Below, one piece after another: positions 13,911 through 26,300 of a stretch of DNA of 64,000 bases. The stretch spans positions 3,100,001-3,164,000 of the forward strand of contig CATNEN010000008.1 in the NCBI GenBank assembly GCA_950097015.1. Direction: 5' to 3'. The position numbers and the translations under genes were made by a program. Under the pieces are notes generated by a model. That model made no database searches. It had not been told where the DNA came from and was given only the letters and a program-made list of their open reading frames with translations. Numbering within the stretch: the first letter of the stretch is position 1; each line of letters opens with the position of its first letter. This DNA is from Macrostomum hystrix (taxonomy: Eukaryota; Animalia; Platyhelminthes).

Positions 13911-14596
13911 CTGTCAAACAGAGACAGTCAGTTTCACAGCTCGACTCTCTGTTATAGTTCAGAGTTCAATGCTGATCATCTTGAAATTGTGTGGCAGTAA
14001 AGTTGGAATTGACTGATAAAATGCTGCAAATAGATATGCAATTAAACAACCCTCGTCATATGAAGGTTTGGAAGTTTGGAAATATAGGAATGCAAGAGCT
14101 TAAAAATGTGCAACCGACTGAGAGGGGTTGGGAGTTAGATTGTAAGCCAAGGGAAAACCATTTGTGCCCTTAAGCAATACATTTAATTCTCCATTGACTC
14201 AGTTCGCACAGCTGGTTGTAGAAATTCGGGTGGGGCTACAGTCCATGGACTTCTACTTGTACTTTTAGAACTTGAAAGGAATCATAATAACTGTCACCGG
14301 CTGCTTCAGGAGCCAATCGAAAGTCACCTGGTCGGCCGGTTTTGCAGCACAGGTGCGCTCCTCCTCTGTCGGGATCTCGACTGAAGTCGCAGCATCGAGA
14401 TCCCATTCCTGGTGTCCGCGGTCGCTTGAATTCTGTGAATGTTAGATTGTTTTAATAGCGCTTAGCGCAGATGCCTACTTTCAGTAGACACTAAATGTTA
14501 AACGACATCAATTTTCACAGTCAAAGGGAATGTATTCAAGCGCGTTTATTTCAATGTACGAGTCGTATCATTTGTTTTTTGGACCGAAGTTCCAAA

Positions 14597-15085
14597 CAGC
14601 CACCCCAGTCCCTTAAATCCCTCACATCTGCAGCCACCCCAGTCCCTCAAATCCCTCACATCTGCAGCCACCCCAGTCCCTCAAATCCCTCACATCTGCA
14701 GCCACCCCAGTCCCTCATATCCCTCACATCTGCAGCCACCCCAGTCCCTCAAATCCCTCACATCTGCAGCCACCTCAGTCCCTCAAATCCCTCACATGTG
14801 CAGCCACCCCAGTCCCTCAAATCCCTCACATCTGCAGCCACCCCAGTCCCTCAAATCCCTCACATCTGCAGCCACCCCAGTCCCTCATATCCCTCACATC
14901 TGCAGCCACCCCAGTCCCTCAAATCCCTCACATCTGCAGCCACCTCAGTCCCTCAAATCCCTCACATGTGCAGCCACCCCAGTCCCTCAAATCCCTCACA
15001 TGTGAAGCCACCCCAGTCCCTCAAATCCCTCACATCTGCAGCCACCCCAGTCCGTCAGAACCCTCACATCTGCAGCCACCCCAGT
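14597..15085. repeat. 34-bp minisatellite CAGCCACCCCAGTCCCTCAAATCCCTCACATCTG, ~14 copies
   Basis: Period of 34 read directly. Confidence 0.93.
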
Positions 15086-15302
15086 CCGTCAGATCAGCTT
15101 CTGCAGCAATGCGAAGCCTCTGACGGCTTTGATTCATCTATCCTATTTGTTAATTATCAGGGAAAGGCACGTTGAACGAGTGCACAAATTTGCACCCCTT
15201 TGAAGTGAAATCGGCTTGTACGAGCTAAAAGGCTTGCAGTCTGTAGGTTCTCGTCATCAGGCCTTGCCAATATCCCTCAAAATAGTTTCTAACGAAAACA
15301 TG

Positions 15303-15577
15303 AGTAATAATTATTGCAGGAGGGCTGTGAGCAAAAGTACATTTTTTGGTGACACCAGACCCGCAGCGAGGAGTCGATTCTGCCCATTCCGCTGACTATT
15401 CTGTACTTTCTCATCGTCAGGCAGTGTACACTCTCACTGTGCCTTCGTAAATTGCACGACAAGCCACCAAACCCCTCTGCGCGGCTGCGCCCGAAATGAA
15501 TGTGGCCTCGCCGCGGAATCGAGCTCAGGGACCTTGGCGCGAGAGGCAAACGCGTTAACCGCTCTGCCACCGACCCC
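15303..15577 (-). mobile_element. tRNA-derived SINE, near full-length copy
   Basis: On the minus strand the head reads GGGGTCGGTGGCAGAGCGGTTAACGCG...GAGCTCGATTCC (A-box and B-box-like). The body GTGTACACTGCCTGACGATGAGAAAGT and tail CAGCCCTCCTGCAATAATTATTA recur elsewhere in the window. Confidence 0.7.
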
Positions 15578-16071
15578 CTTACGCTGAATTGCTTAACCTA
15601 TTAAATTTACAGTCCGAAGACTGTAAAACAGATTTCTTGCACAGCTTCAATATAGAGAAAGGAAAGCAGATTATACTCTCGAGGTGTGTGACTGCAGCAA
15701 ATCGATTTCAAGAGCGTCCTACGCTGAATGCTTTGCCACAGATGTGTTAAAGACCTGCAGAATGATACTTTTAAGAGGCCACCAACTCCCTCCACCATAC
15801 GACGGAGGCGGAGAAGCCGAGGCAGAGAGTCCCAGAGTCCCAGAGCCCTCTGATTATCGAATTCGGATACAGTTCTTCTGCCCTCGCGTGACGGCCAGAG
15901 GAAGAAGGATTTACACTCGTTCGGTCTGGCTTGAGAGATATTATCCTATCTGCCCTTCTCTGCTTCCCATCTGTTAGTCAAAGATTTGGTTTCTTGCTTC
16001 TAGCAAAGACACTTGCCTATTTACTTGTGTCAGAAATCATTCGGTGTTTCCTGGCAGACAAACACCTTTAG

Positions 16072-17745
16072 GGAGCTGCAGCCTACTGAGGTACAGGGGA
16101 TGGGAGCTGCAGCCTCCTGAGGTACAGGGGATGGGAGCTGCAGCCTACTGAGGTACAGGGGATGGGAGCTGCAGCCTCCTGAGGTACAGGGGATGGGAGC
16201 TGCAGCCTACTGAGGTACAGGGGATGGGAGCTGCTGCCTACTGAGGTACAGGGGATGGGAGCTGCTGCCTCCTGAGGTACAGGGGATGGGAGCTGCTGCC
16301 TCCTGAGGTACAGGGGATGGGAGCTGCTGCCTCCTGAGGTACAGGGGATGGGAGCTGCTGTCTCATGATGTACAGGGAATGGGAGCTGCAGCCTACTGAG
16401 GTACAGGGGATGGGAGCTGCTGCCTCATGAGGTACAGGGGATGTGAGCTGCAGCCTACTGAGGTACAGGGGCTGGGAGCTGCAGGGGTGCTGCCTACTGA
16501 GGTACACGGGATGGGAGCTGCTGCCTTATGAGGTACAGGGGATGGGAGCTGCTGCCTCATGAGGTGCAGGGGATGGAAGCTGCAGCCAACTGAGGTACAG
16601 GGGATGGGAGCTGCAGCCTCCTGAGGTACAGGGGATGGGAGCTGCAGCCTCCTGAGGTACAGGGGATGGGAGCTGCTGCCTACTGAGGTACAGGGGATGG
16701 GAGCTGCTGCCTCCTGAGGTACAGGGGATGGGAGCTGCTGCCTCCTGAGGTACAGGGGATGGGAGCTGCTGTCTCATGATGTACAGGGAATGGGAGCTGC
16801 AGCCTACTGAGGTACAGGGGATGGGAGCTGCTGCCTCATGAGGTACAAGGTCTGGGAGCTGCAGCCTACTGAGGTACAGGGAATGGGAGCTGCAGCCTAC
16901 TGAGGTACAGGGGATGGGAGCTGCAGCCAACTGAGGTACAGGGGATGGGAGCTGCAGGGGTGCTGCCTACTGAGGTACACGGGATGGGAGCTGCTGCCTT
17001 ATGAGGTACAGGGGATGGGAGCTGCTGCCTCATGAGGTGCAGGGGATGGAAGCTGCAGCCAACTGAGGTACAGGGGATGGGAGCTGCAGCCTACTGAGGT
17101 ACAGGGGATGGGAGCTGCAGCCAACTGAGGTACAGGGGATGGGAGCTGCAGCCTACTGAGGTACAGGGGATGGGAGCTGCTGCCTACTGAGGTACAGGGG
17201 ATGGGAGCTGCTGCCTCCTGAGGTACAGGGGATGGGAGCTGCTGCCTCCTGAGGTACAGGGGATGGGAGCTGCTGTCTCATGATGTACAGGGAATGGGAG
17301 CTGCAGCCTACTGAGGTACAGGGGATGGGAGCTGCTGCCTCATGAGGTACAAGGTCTGGGAGCTGCAGCCTACTGAGGTACAGGGAATGGGAGCTGCAGC
17401 CTACTGAGGTACAGGGGATGGGAGCTGCAGCCAACTGAGGTACAGGGGATGGGAGCTGCAGGGGTGCTGCCTACTGAGGTACACGGGATGGGAGCTGCTG
17501 CCTTATGAGGTACAGGGGATGGGAGCTGCTGCCTCATGAGGTGCAGGGGATGGAAGCTGCAGCCAACTGAGGTACAGGGGATGGGAGCTGCAGCCTACTG
17601 AGGTACAGGGGATGGGAGCTGCAGCCAACTGAGGTACAGGGGATGGGAGCTGCTGCCTACTGAGGTACAGGGGATGGGAGCTGCAGCCTACTGAGGTACA
17701 GGGGCTGGGAGCTGCAGCCTACTGGGAGGTACAAGAGGTGGAAGC
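16072..17745. repeat. 31-bp minisatellite TGAGGTACAGGGGATGGGAGCTGCAGCCTAC, ~54 copies
   Basis: Period of 31; variant blocks recur. Confidence 0.95.
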
Positions 17746-18177
17746 TGCAGTCTAGTGAGGATAAGTTTCTACTGTATTAGTTCCAGGAACATGGATTTAA
17801 AAAAATTAAATTTTCATCAAAAAAAGATGAAATTTGATTGGGCTTGACTTGTGGTGGTTTATAAACTGAGCACAACTTAAAAAAAATTCTCATCTCTTTG
17901 GACATCAGTCAAGTTAAGTGGCTTGATTGCTCATTTGACGCCAGTGTGAAGCCAGGGTAGCTTGACAATGAAGTGACTCCTTCATTCAGCCAGACTTAGT
18001 ACATTTGCTCAATGAGTGGGGTTATAACATTTTATTTAAACGCAAAGTACATTTCGTTTCCATGTACATCGGCAGATATCCGAGAAGTGTGATTGGCTGC
18101 CCAGTCAAGTAAGCAAAAAGTAGGAAAAGTTGAACCAAATAAAATTGTGTCTGTAGACTTTAGGGCAATGTTATTAA

Positions 18178-18248
18178 GCATCGGTGGTTCAGTGGTAGAA
18201 TGCTCGCCTGCCACGCGGGCGGCCCGGGTTCGATTCCCGGCCGATGCA
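18178..18248 (+). tRNA. tRNA-Gly-GCC: tRNA-Gly (GCC)
   Basis: 71 nt GCATCGGTGGTTCAGTGGTAGAATGCTCGCCTGCCACGCGGGCGGCCCGGGTTCGATTCCCGGCCGATGCA; paired acceptor stem, TTCGA T-loop, downstream T-run. Confidence 0.97.
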
Positions 18249-18390
18249 AATATTTTTTTTCCTTATAATGATCAATGATGTACACAAGCTCTTGTAAAAT
18301 AGTCAGGCTGTGATTGGGTGCAGGGTTGGTGTACAAAATGACAGACGCCAATTATCTTTGAAATCAACGCCTGACGTCCTCTGGCATCAA

Positions 18391-18461
18391 GCATCGGTGG
18401 TTCAGTGGTAGAATGCTCGCCTGCCACGCGGGCGGCCCGGGTTCGATTCCCGGCCGATGCA
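18391..18461 (+). tRNA. tRNA-Gly-GCC: tRNA-Gly (GCC), identical copy 2
   Basis: Same 71-nt sequence, followed by TTTT. Confidence 0.97.
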
Positions 18462-19306
18462 TAAACTTTTGTATAATTAGATTTTGCGAAAGAAAATATT
18501 TTAGCGCAAGTCCTGCAGTGGGCAGGCAAGCGAGAGATGTGCAGAAGATAAGCTATCAGCGGACCCCGAATTCCCGAAGGCAAGAAATATTTCAAAAGCG
18601 GCCTGAAACCCGCCTTCACAACAGCTAAATGTGGCGTGTAGCGAGTTTCTATCGAAGCTTCCAAGCCTTTGGGATTAGGGCATTCAAATCCAGAATAGCT
18701 TAGCTAGCGGCCAGCACTATTTTCCCATTGGGGAATTAATAGTCATAATTATAGCATGCTCAAACTTCTGCCGCCGCTAACAGCCCGCAATGTTCCCAAA
18801 CATCCCAAAGATCTTCGCGAAAGAAATTCGATGGAATTTCCCATTTGTTTTATGCTCGAAAAAATACAGCCAAACTGGAGGCCGGATGAGGCAGAGCAGT
18901 TAGCGGGCGCCAACAGTGCATGCTCAGCTGGGTTGGAAACTCAGTCCCTAAAAGGCGAGAAATCTATCGGTTTTCTTTCCTCAGTTATAAAATTGATTGC
19001 CATCCCTTTGCCTCCACTTCTCTCAGCTCCGTCTGCCAGAGTGAAAAGGCTGAGTGTTAGAGTTGGAGAAACAGGAAGAGAGAAATGAGCAGCTGGGTGA
19101 GTGGCTGCACTTCCAGTTCTGCTCGCCCAACTACTAGCCACTTGGCTGCTGTTTGCTGAATGGCAAATATTGCAGTGCGACCAAATAGAAGTCCGCTTAG
19201 TGTTTTGAAATCTCTTGAAAGTGCCCTACTTTGCCTGCATGCTTTGTAGCTGTGGAAATTGGCTGTAAGACACTGTTACCTAGATTTTGTTAGCATGTGA
19301 GAACAG

Positions 19307-19366
19307 CAAGGTCCCTGAGTTCGAATCCGCGGCGAGGCTACATGGAAATTCATTTGGGGCGCAGGC
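19307..19366 (+). mobile_element. SINE head fragment (similar fragments at about 277-308 and a tail at about 59995-60080)
   Basis: AAGGTCCCTGAGTTCGAATCCGCGGCGAGGCTAC with a perfect B-box, matching the family head. Confidence 0.5.
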
Positions 19367-19384
19367 GTTGGGAACGTAGCAGCT

Positions 19385-20115
19385 GGTTGAGTCACTGCCT
19401 CCCCAATCTGCAGGTGTGAGCTGCTTGAGTCACTGCCTCCACCTGTCATCAATCTGCAGGTGTGAGCTGGTTGAGTCACTGCCTCCACCTGTCATCAATC
19501 TGCAGGTGTGAGCTGCTTGAGTCACTGCCTCCACCTGTCATCAATCTGCAGGTGTGAGCTGGTTGAGTCACTGCCTCCACCTGTCATCAATCTGCAGGTG
19601 TGAGCTGCTTGAGTCACTGCCTCCACCTGTCATCAATCTGCAGGTGTGAGCTGGTTGAGTCACTGCCTCCACCTGTCATCAATCTGCAGGTGTGAGCTGC
19701 TTGAGTCACTGCCTCCACCTGTCATCAATCTGCAGGTGTGAGCTGCTTGAGTCACTGCCTCCACCTGTCATCAATCTGCAGGTGTGAGCTGCTTGAGTCA
19801 CTGCCTCCACCTGTCATCAATCTGCAGGTGTGAGCTGCTTGAGTCACTGCCTCCACCTGTCATCAATCTGCAGGTGTGAGCTGCTTGAGTCACTGCCTCC
19901 ACCTGTCATCAATCTGCAGGTGTGAGCTGGTTGAGTCACTGCCTCCACCTGTCATCAATCTGCAGGTGTGAGCTGGTTGAGTCACTGCCTCCACCTGTCA
20001 TCAATCTGCAGGTGTGAGCTGGTTGAGTCACTGCCTCCACCTGTCATCAATCTGCAGGTGTGAGCTGCTTGAGTCACTGCCTCCACCTGTCATCAATCTG
20101 CAGGTGTGAGCTGAT
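19385..20115. repeat. 46-bp minisatellite TTGAGTCACTGCCTCCACCTGTCATCAATCTGCAGGTGTGAGCTGG, ~16 copies
   Basis: Period of 46; nearly homogeneous. Confidence 0.95.
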
Positions 20116-21339
20116 TGAGTCCGTGCAAAAACTGCAACAGCTAACACATTATTTTGAGCACTCGGATCAGAACTGCAGCGCGTGGCAGTGGCGGATGCAC
20201 TAATCGCTTTATTAAGCAAGAAGTTCAAACAGCCCAAAGCCTGTGAACAGCAATTGAGCCCAAAGCCTGTGAACAGCAATTGAGCAGCAATGACTTGAGC
20301 CAAAGAAGCGAAAAAATCTTTCAGTGACGCAGGGGAGTCAGTGGCGGGACAGAGGCTTGTGAGCCACACTCTGCCATACACTTCTCCCCTCACTGTCCCC
20401 TATTATCAGGCTCTTCATCGCGCCATCTCCAGCCTCTCAATCTTGACCGCCGGGCGGGCCTCAATTCTCAGACGCAGTTTTTCATTTAGAATGCCGTGAC
20501 GCGAAGAACGGACACACTCAAGCAGCTGACATGCCCCTCACAGATCCCTCACACAATCCCTGCTCTGCCCCAGCTTCTTCCTGGCTCACGCGGGCAGCTT
20601 TGAAATGTTCCCAAATCGAGAATCCCAGATCCCAGGGCAGGGCGGAAGGCATTGTGGAAGCCCGGTCTCGTATGTTCGGAAAATCCTTATTGGACAGGGC
20701 GCGGGCCGCGTTGATTAACTTCGGAAGCCTGCGGTGGCAGCTCATGGGAGTCACGCGCGCCTCTACTGCCTGCCTAATCCCGCAGTCAGTACTCAACTCC
20801 TCCGCACTGACGTGCTCGAGATCAGCTCCGGTGTGTCATTTAAAGAGTGCAGATTTTGCCACGTTCTCAGCGTCAATTGGTCTCTTGAGCACGGCAGCTG
20901 TAGCTGAGTCTACACGGAAGGGGCTGCCATGCAAACAAACTAATTAGCACGGAGCTGGAAGTGTCGGAGCTGCTGTGCTCAGGCCGCCTGCTGCTGAGTC
21001 ACATGCCAGATACAATGTCTCATTATCTAACATCGTTTCGTAGCCATTCAAGAATTATTCTCAGCCGCCATTCCCACACCTGCATGGGCTTATATTGCAG
21101 TCATTTTCTCAGCCGTGGCCCATAGTATTGTCCCAATAGAGTTTGTGACATGATTGACAATCGGAAGATTTTTTTACATTTTAGTCATTCAATACTTCGC
21201 AGAGAAAGCATGCACTTTTAGCTATTGCACACTATGCGTTTAGATTTGTTTAAATTTAACAAGTAACTGGGAATGCCTCTGAAAGCATAAATGTGACACC
21301 TCATCATTTCATATAGAAAAATGATAGTTATAGACTGGG

Positions 21340-22942
21340 TTAGTCAAACACTGCTGGGTCGTTGGGTCAGGCCTAGTAAAATATTGCAGGGTCCTTGGAT
21401 CAGGATTAGTCAAACACTTCAGGGTCATTGGGTCAGGGTTGGTCAAAGAGTGCAGGGTCATTGGGTCAGGGTTGGTCAAAGAGTGCAGGGTTATTGGGTC
21501 AGGGTTGGTCAAAGAGTGCAGGGTCATTGGGTCAGGGTTGGTCAAAGAGTGCAGGGTCATTGGGTCAGGGTTGGTCAAAGAGTGCAGGGTCATTGGCTCA
21601 GGGTTGGTCAAAGAGTGCAGGGTTATTGGGTCAGGGTTGGTCAAAGAGTGCAGGGTCATTGGGTCAGGGTTGGTCAAAGAGTGCAGGGTCATTGGGTCAG
21701 GGTTGGTCAAAGAGTGCAGGGTCATTGGGTCAGGGTTGGTCAAAGAGTGCAGGGTCATTGGGTCAGGGTTGGTCAAAGAGTGCAGGGTCATTGGGTCAGG
21801 GTTGGTCAAAGAGTGCAGGGTCATTGGGTCAGGGTTGGTCAAAGAGTGCAGGGTCATTGGGTCAGGGTTGGTCAAAGAGGGCAGGGTCAGCAGGGAGATT
21901 CTACTGAGGGTTGAAGGGAATTCTAGTGAGGATTGAAGGTAGATTCTACTGAGGATTGAAGGGAGATTCTACTGAGGATTGAAGGGAGATTCTACTGAGG
22001 ATTGAAGGGAGATTCTACTGAATGTTGAAGGGAGTTTCTACTGAGGGTTGAAGGGAGATTCTACTGAGGATTGAAGGGAGATTCTACTGAGGATTGAAGG
22101 GAGATGCTTCTGGGGGTTGCAGGTGGGTCAGGCCTAGTAAAATATTGCAGGGTCATTGGATCAGGATTAGTCAAACACTTCGGGGTCATTGGGTCAGGGC
22201 TACTCAAAGAGTGCTGGGTCATTGGGTCAGCGCTAGTCAAAGAGGGCAGGGTCATTGGGTCAGGGCTAGTCAAAGAGTGCAGGGTCATTGGGTCAGGGTT
22301 GGTCAAAGAGTGCAGGGTCATTGGGTCAGGGTTGGTCAAAGAGTGCAGGGTCATTGGGTCATGGTTGGTCAAAGAGTGCAGGGTCATTGGGTCAGGGTTT
22401 GTCAAAGAGTGCAGGGTCATTGGGTCAGGGTTGGTCAAAGAGTGCAGGGTCATTGGGTCAGGGTTGGTCAAAGAGTGCAGGGTCATTGGCTCAGGGTTGG
22501 TCAAAGAGTGCAGGGTCATTGGGTCAGGGTTGGTCAAAGAGTGCAGGGTCATTGGCTCAGGGTTGGTCAAAGAGGGCAGGGTCATTGGGTCAGGGTTGGT
22601 CAAAGAGTGCAGGGTCATTGGGTCAGGGTTGGTCAAAGAGGGCAGGGTCATTGGGTCAGGGTTGGTCAAAGAGGGCAGGGTCATTGGGTCAGGGTTGGTC
22701 AAAGAGGGCAGGGTCATTGGGTCAGGGTTGGTCAAAGAGTGCAGGGTTATTGGGTCAGGGTTGGTCAAAGAGTGCAGGGTCATTGGGTCAGGGTTGGTCA
22801 AAGAGTGCAGGGTTATTGGGTCAGGGTTGGTCAAAGAGTGCAGGGTTATTGGGTCAGGGTTGGTCAAAGAGTGCAGGGTTATTGGGTCAGGGTTGGTCAA
22901 AGAGTGCAGGGTCATTGGGTCAGGGTTGGTCAAAGAGTGCAG
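21340..22942. repeat. Two 33-bp arrays (GGGTCATTGGGTCAGGGTTGGTCAAAGAGTGCA; ~21340-21890 and ~22115-22942) separated by a short 23-bp array
   Basis: Read directly; the source of the 11-aa-repeat ORFs in the track. Confidence 0.95.
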
Positions 22943-23342
22943 AGTTCTTAACGAAAGTCCTACCTTATTTCCCAAAGCGAGAAGCGCGGAGCTGCTAATT
23001 TTGAAAAGTAGAATACGAAGATAATTATCAGATTTCAGTGACGGGATAATTCTGAGATAAAACTTCATTTATGAGTTTTATATATATGAGCCTGCGGAAA
23101 GGGAATCAAGAAGAGCTGCTATTCTTCTATGTTAGGGCAAAGCTGGACCAACCAGGCGGTCATTGGTCCAATCCTATTAGACCAACAGAATCCGGTCTGG
23201 AGCCTTCTGTGTGCTGGCCTTTATTTGGAGCTCAGGCCTGTCCGTACAGGGATGCCATTTCCTGGATTATCCAATAAACCGAAGGGTCAATTATTGTTGT
23301 TTTTGTAAGCTGGCAACAGCAGAAAAATATGCCATTTCCTTA

Positions 23343-26300
23343 AAGGGAGATTCTACTGAGGGTTGAAGGGAGATTCTACTGAGGGTTGAAGGGAGATTCT
23401 ACTGAGGATAAAAGGGAGATTCTACTGAGGATTAAAGGGAGATTCTACTGAGGATTAAAGGGAGATTCTACTGAGGATTAAAGGAAGATATTACTGAGGG
23501 TTGAAGGGAGATTCTACTGAGGGTTGAAGGGAGATTCTACTGAGGGTTGAAGGGAGATTCTACTGAGGATAAAAGGGAGATTCTACTGAGGATTAAAGGG
23601 AGATTCTACTGAGGATTAAAGGGAGATTCTACTGAGGATTAAAGGAAGATTTTACTGAGGGTTGAAGGGAGATTCTACTGAGGGTTGAAGAAAGATTCTA
23701 CTGAGCATTGAAGGGAGATTCTACTGAGGATTGAAGGGAGATTCTACTGAGGGTTGAAGGGAGATTCTACTGAGGATTAAAGGGAGATTCTACGGAGTGT
23801 TGAAGGGAGATTCTACTGAGGATTAAAGGGAGATTCTACTGAGGATTAAAGGGAGATTCTACTGAGGGTTGAAGGGAGATTCTACTGAGGATTGAAGGGA
23901 GATTCTACTGAGGGTTGAAGGGAGATTCTACTGAGGGTTGAAGGGAGATTCTACTGAGGGTTGAAGGGAGATTCTACTGAGGATTGAAGGGAGATTCTAC
24001 TGAGGATTGAAGGGAGATTCTACTGAGGGTTGAAGGGAGATTCTACTGAGGATTGAAGGGAGATTCTACTGAGGATTGAAGGGAGATTCTAGTGAGAGTT
24101 GAAGGGAGATTTTACTGAGGATTGAAGGGAGATTCTACAGAGGATTAAAGGGAGATTCTACTGAGGATTAAAGAGAGATTCTACTGAGGGTTGAAGGGAG
24201 ATTCTACTGGGGGTTGAAGGGAGATTCTACTGAGCATTAAAGGGAGATTCTACTGAGGGTTGAAGGGAGATTCTACTGAGGATTAAAGGGAGATTCTACT
24301 GAGGATTGAAGGGAGATTCTAGTGAGAGTTGAAGGGAGATTTTACTGAGGATTGAAGGGAGATTCTACAGAGGATTAAAGGGAGATTCTACTGAGGATTA
24401 AAGAGAGATTCTACTGAGGGTTGAAGGGAGATTCTACTGGGGGTTGAAGGGAGATTCTACTGAGCATTAAAGGGAGATTCTACTGAGGGTTGAAGGGAGA
24501 TTCTACTGAGGATTAAAGGGAGATTCTACTGAGGATTAAAGGGAGATTCTACTGAGGATTGAAGGGAGATTCTACTGAGGGTTGAAGGGAGATTCTACTG
24601 AGGGTTGAAGGGAGATTCTACTGAGGATTGAAGGGAGATTCTACTGAGGATTGAAGGGAGATTCTACTGAGGGTTGAAGGGAGATTCTACTGAGGATTAA
24701 AGGAAGATTTTACTGAGGATTGAAGGGAGATTCTACTGAGGGTTGAATGGAGATTCTACTGAGGGTTGAAGGGAGATTCTACTGAGGATTGAAGGGAGAT
24801 TTTACTGAGGATTGAAGGGCGATTTTACTGAGGGTTGAAGGGAGATTCTACTGAGGGTTGAAGGGAGATTCTACTGAGGGTTGAAGGGAGATTCTACTGA
24901 GGGTTGAAGGGAGATTCTACTGAGGATTGAAGGGAGATTCTACGGAGTGTTGAAGGGAGATTCTACTGAGGATTAAAGGGAGATTCTACTGAGGATTGAA
25001 GGGAGATTCTACTGAGGGTTGAAGGGAGATTCTACTGAGGGTTGAAGGGAGATTCTACTGAGGATTGAAGGGAGATTCTACTGAGGATTGAAGGGAGATT
25101 CTACTGAGGGTTGAAGGGAGATTCTACTGAGGATTAAAGGAAGATTTTACTGAGGATTGAAGGGAGATTCTACTGAGGGTTGAATGGAGATTCTACTGAG
25201 GGTTGAAGGGAGATTCTACTGAGGATTGAAGGGAGATTTTACTGAGGATTGAAGGGCGATTTTACTGAGGGTTGAAGGGAGATTCTACTGAGGGTTGAAG
25301 GGAGATTCTACTGAGGATTGAAGGGAGATTCTACTGAGGGTTGAAGGGAGATTCTACTGAGGATTGAAGGGAGATTCTCCTGAGGATTGAAGAAAGATTC
25401 TACTGAGCATTGAAGGGAGATTCTACTGAGGATTGAAGGGAGATTCTACTGAGGGTTGAAGGGAGATTCTACTGAGGATTAAAGGGAGATTCTACTGAGG
25501 ATTAAAGGGAGATTCTACTGAGGGTTGAAGGGAGATTCTACGGAGTGTTGAAGGGAGATTCTACTGAGGATTAAAGGGAGATTCTACGGAGTGTTGAAGG
25601 GAGATTCTACTGAGGATTAAAGGGAGATTCTACTGAGGATTAAAGGGAGATTCTACTGAGGGTTGAAGGGAGATTCTACTGAGGATTGAAGGGAGATTCT
25701 ACTGAGGGTTGAAGGGAGATTCTACTGAGGGTTGAAGGGAGATTCTACTGAGGATTGAAGGGAGATTCTACTGAGGATTGAAGGGAGATTCTAGTGAGAG
25801 TTGAAGGGAGATTTTACTGAGGATTGAAGGGAGATTCTACAGAGGATTAAAGGGAGATTCTACTGAGGATTAAAGGGAGATTCTACTGAGGGTTGAAGGG
25901 AGATTCTACTGGGGGTTGAAGGGAGATTCTACTGAGCATTAAAGGGAGATTCTACTGAGGGTTGAAGGGAGATTCTACTGAGGATTAAAGGGAGATTCTA
26001 CTGAGGATTAAAGGGAGATTCTACTGAGGATTGAAGGGAGATTCTACTGAGGATTGAAGGGAGATTCTACTGAGGGTTGAAGGGAGATTCTACCGAGGGT
26101 TGAAGGGAGATTCTACTGAGGGTTGAAGGGAGATTCTACTGAGGATAAAAGGGAGATTCTACTGAGGATTAAAGGGAGATTCTACTGAGGATTAAAGGGA
26201 GATTCTACTGAGGATTGAAGGAAGATTTTACTGAGGGTTGAAGGGAGATTCTACTGAGGGTTGAAGAAAGATTCTACTGAGCATTGAAGGGAGATTCTAC

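Noticed and set aside
13146-14016. YPDPN and IPII repeat ORFs resembling structural or eggshell proteins
   Set aside because: Products of a 21-bp array that is open in several frames; no unique coding flanks or splice support.
21309-23068. 11-aa repeat ORFs (LTNPDPMTLHS, GQGWSKSAGSL)
   Set aside because: Artefacts of the 33-bp satellite; open in nearly all frames.
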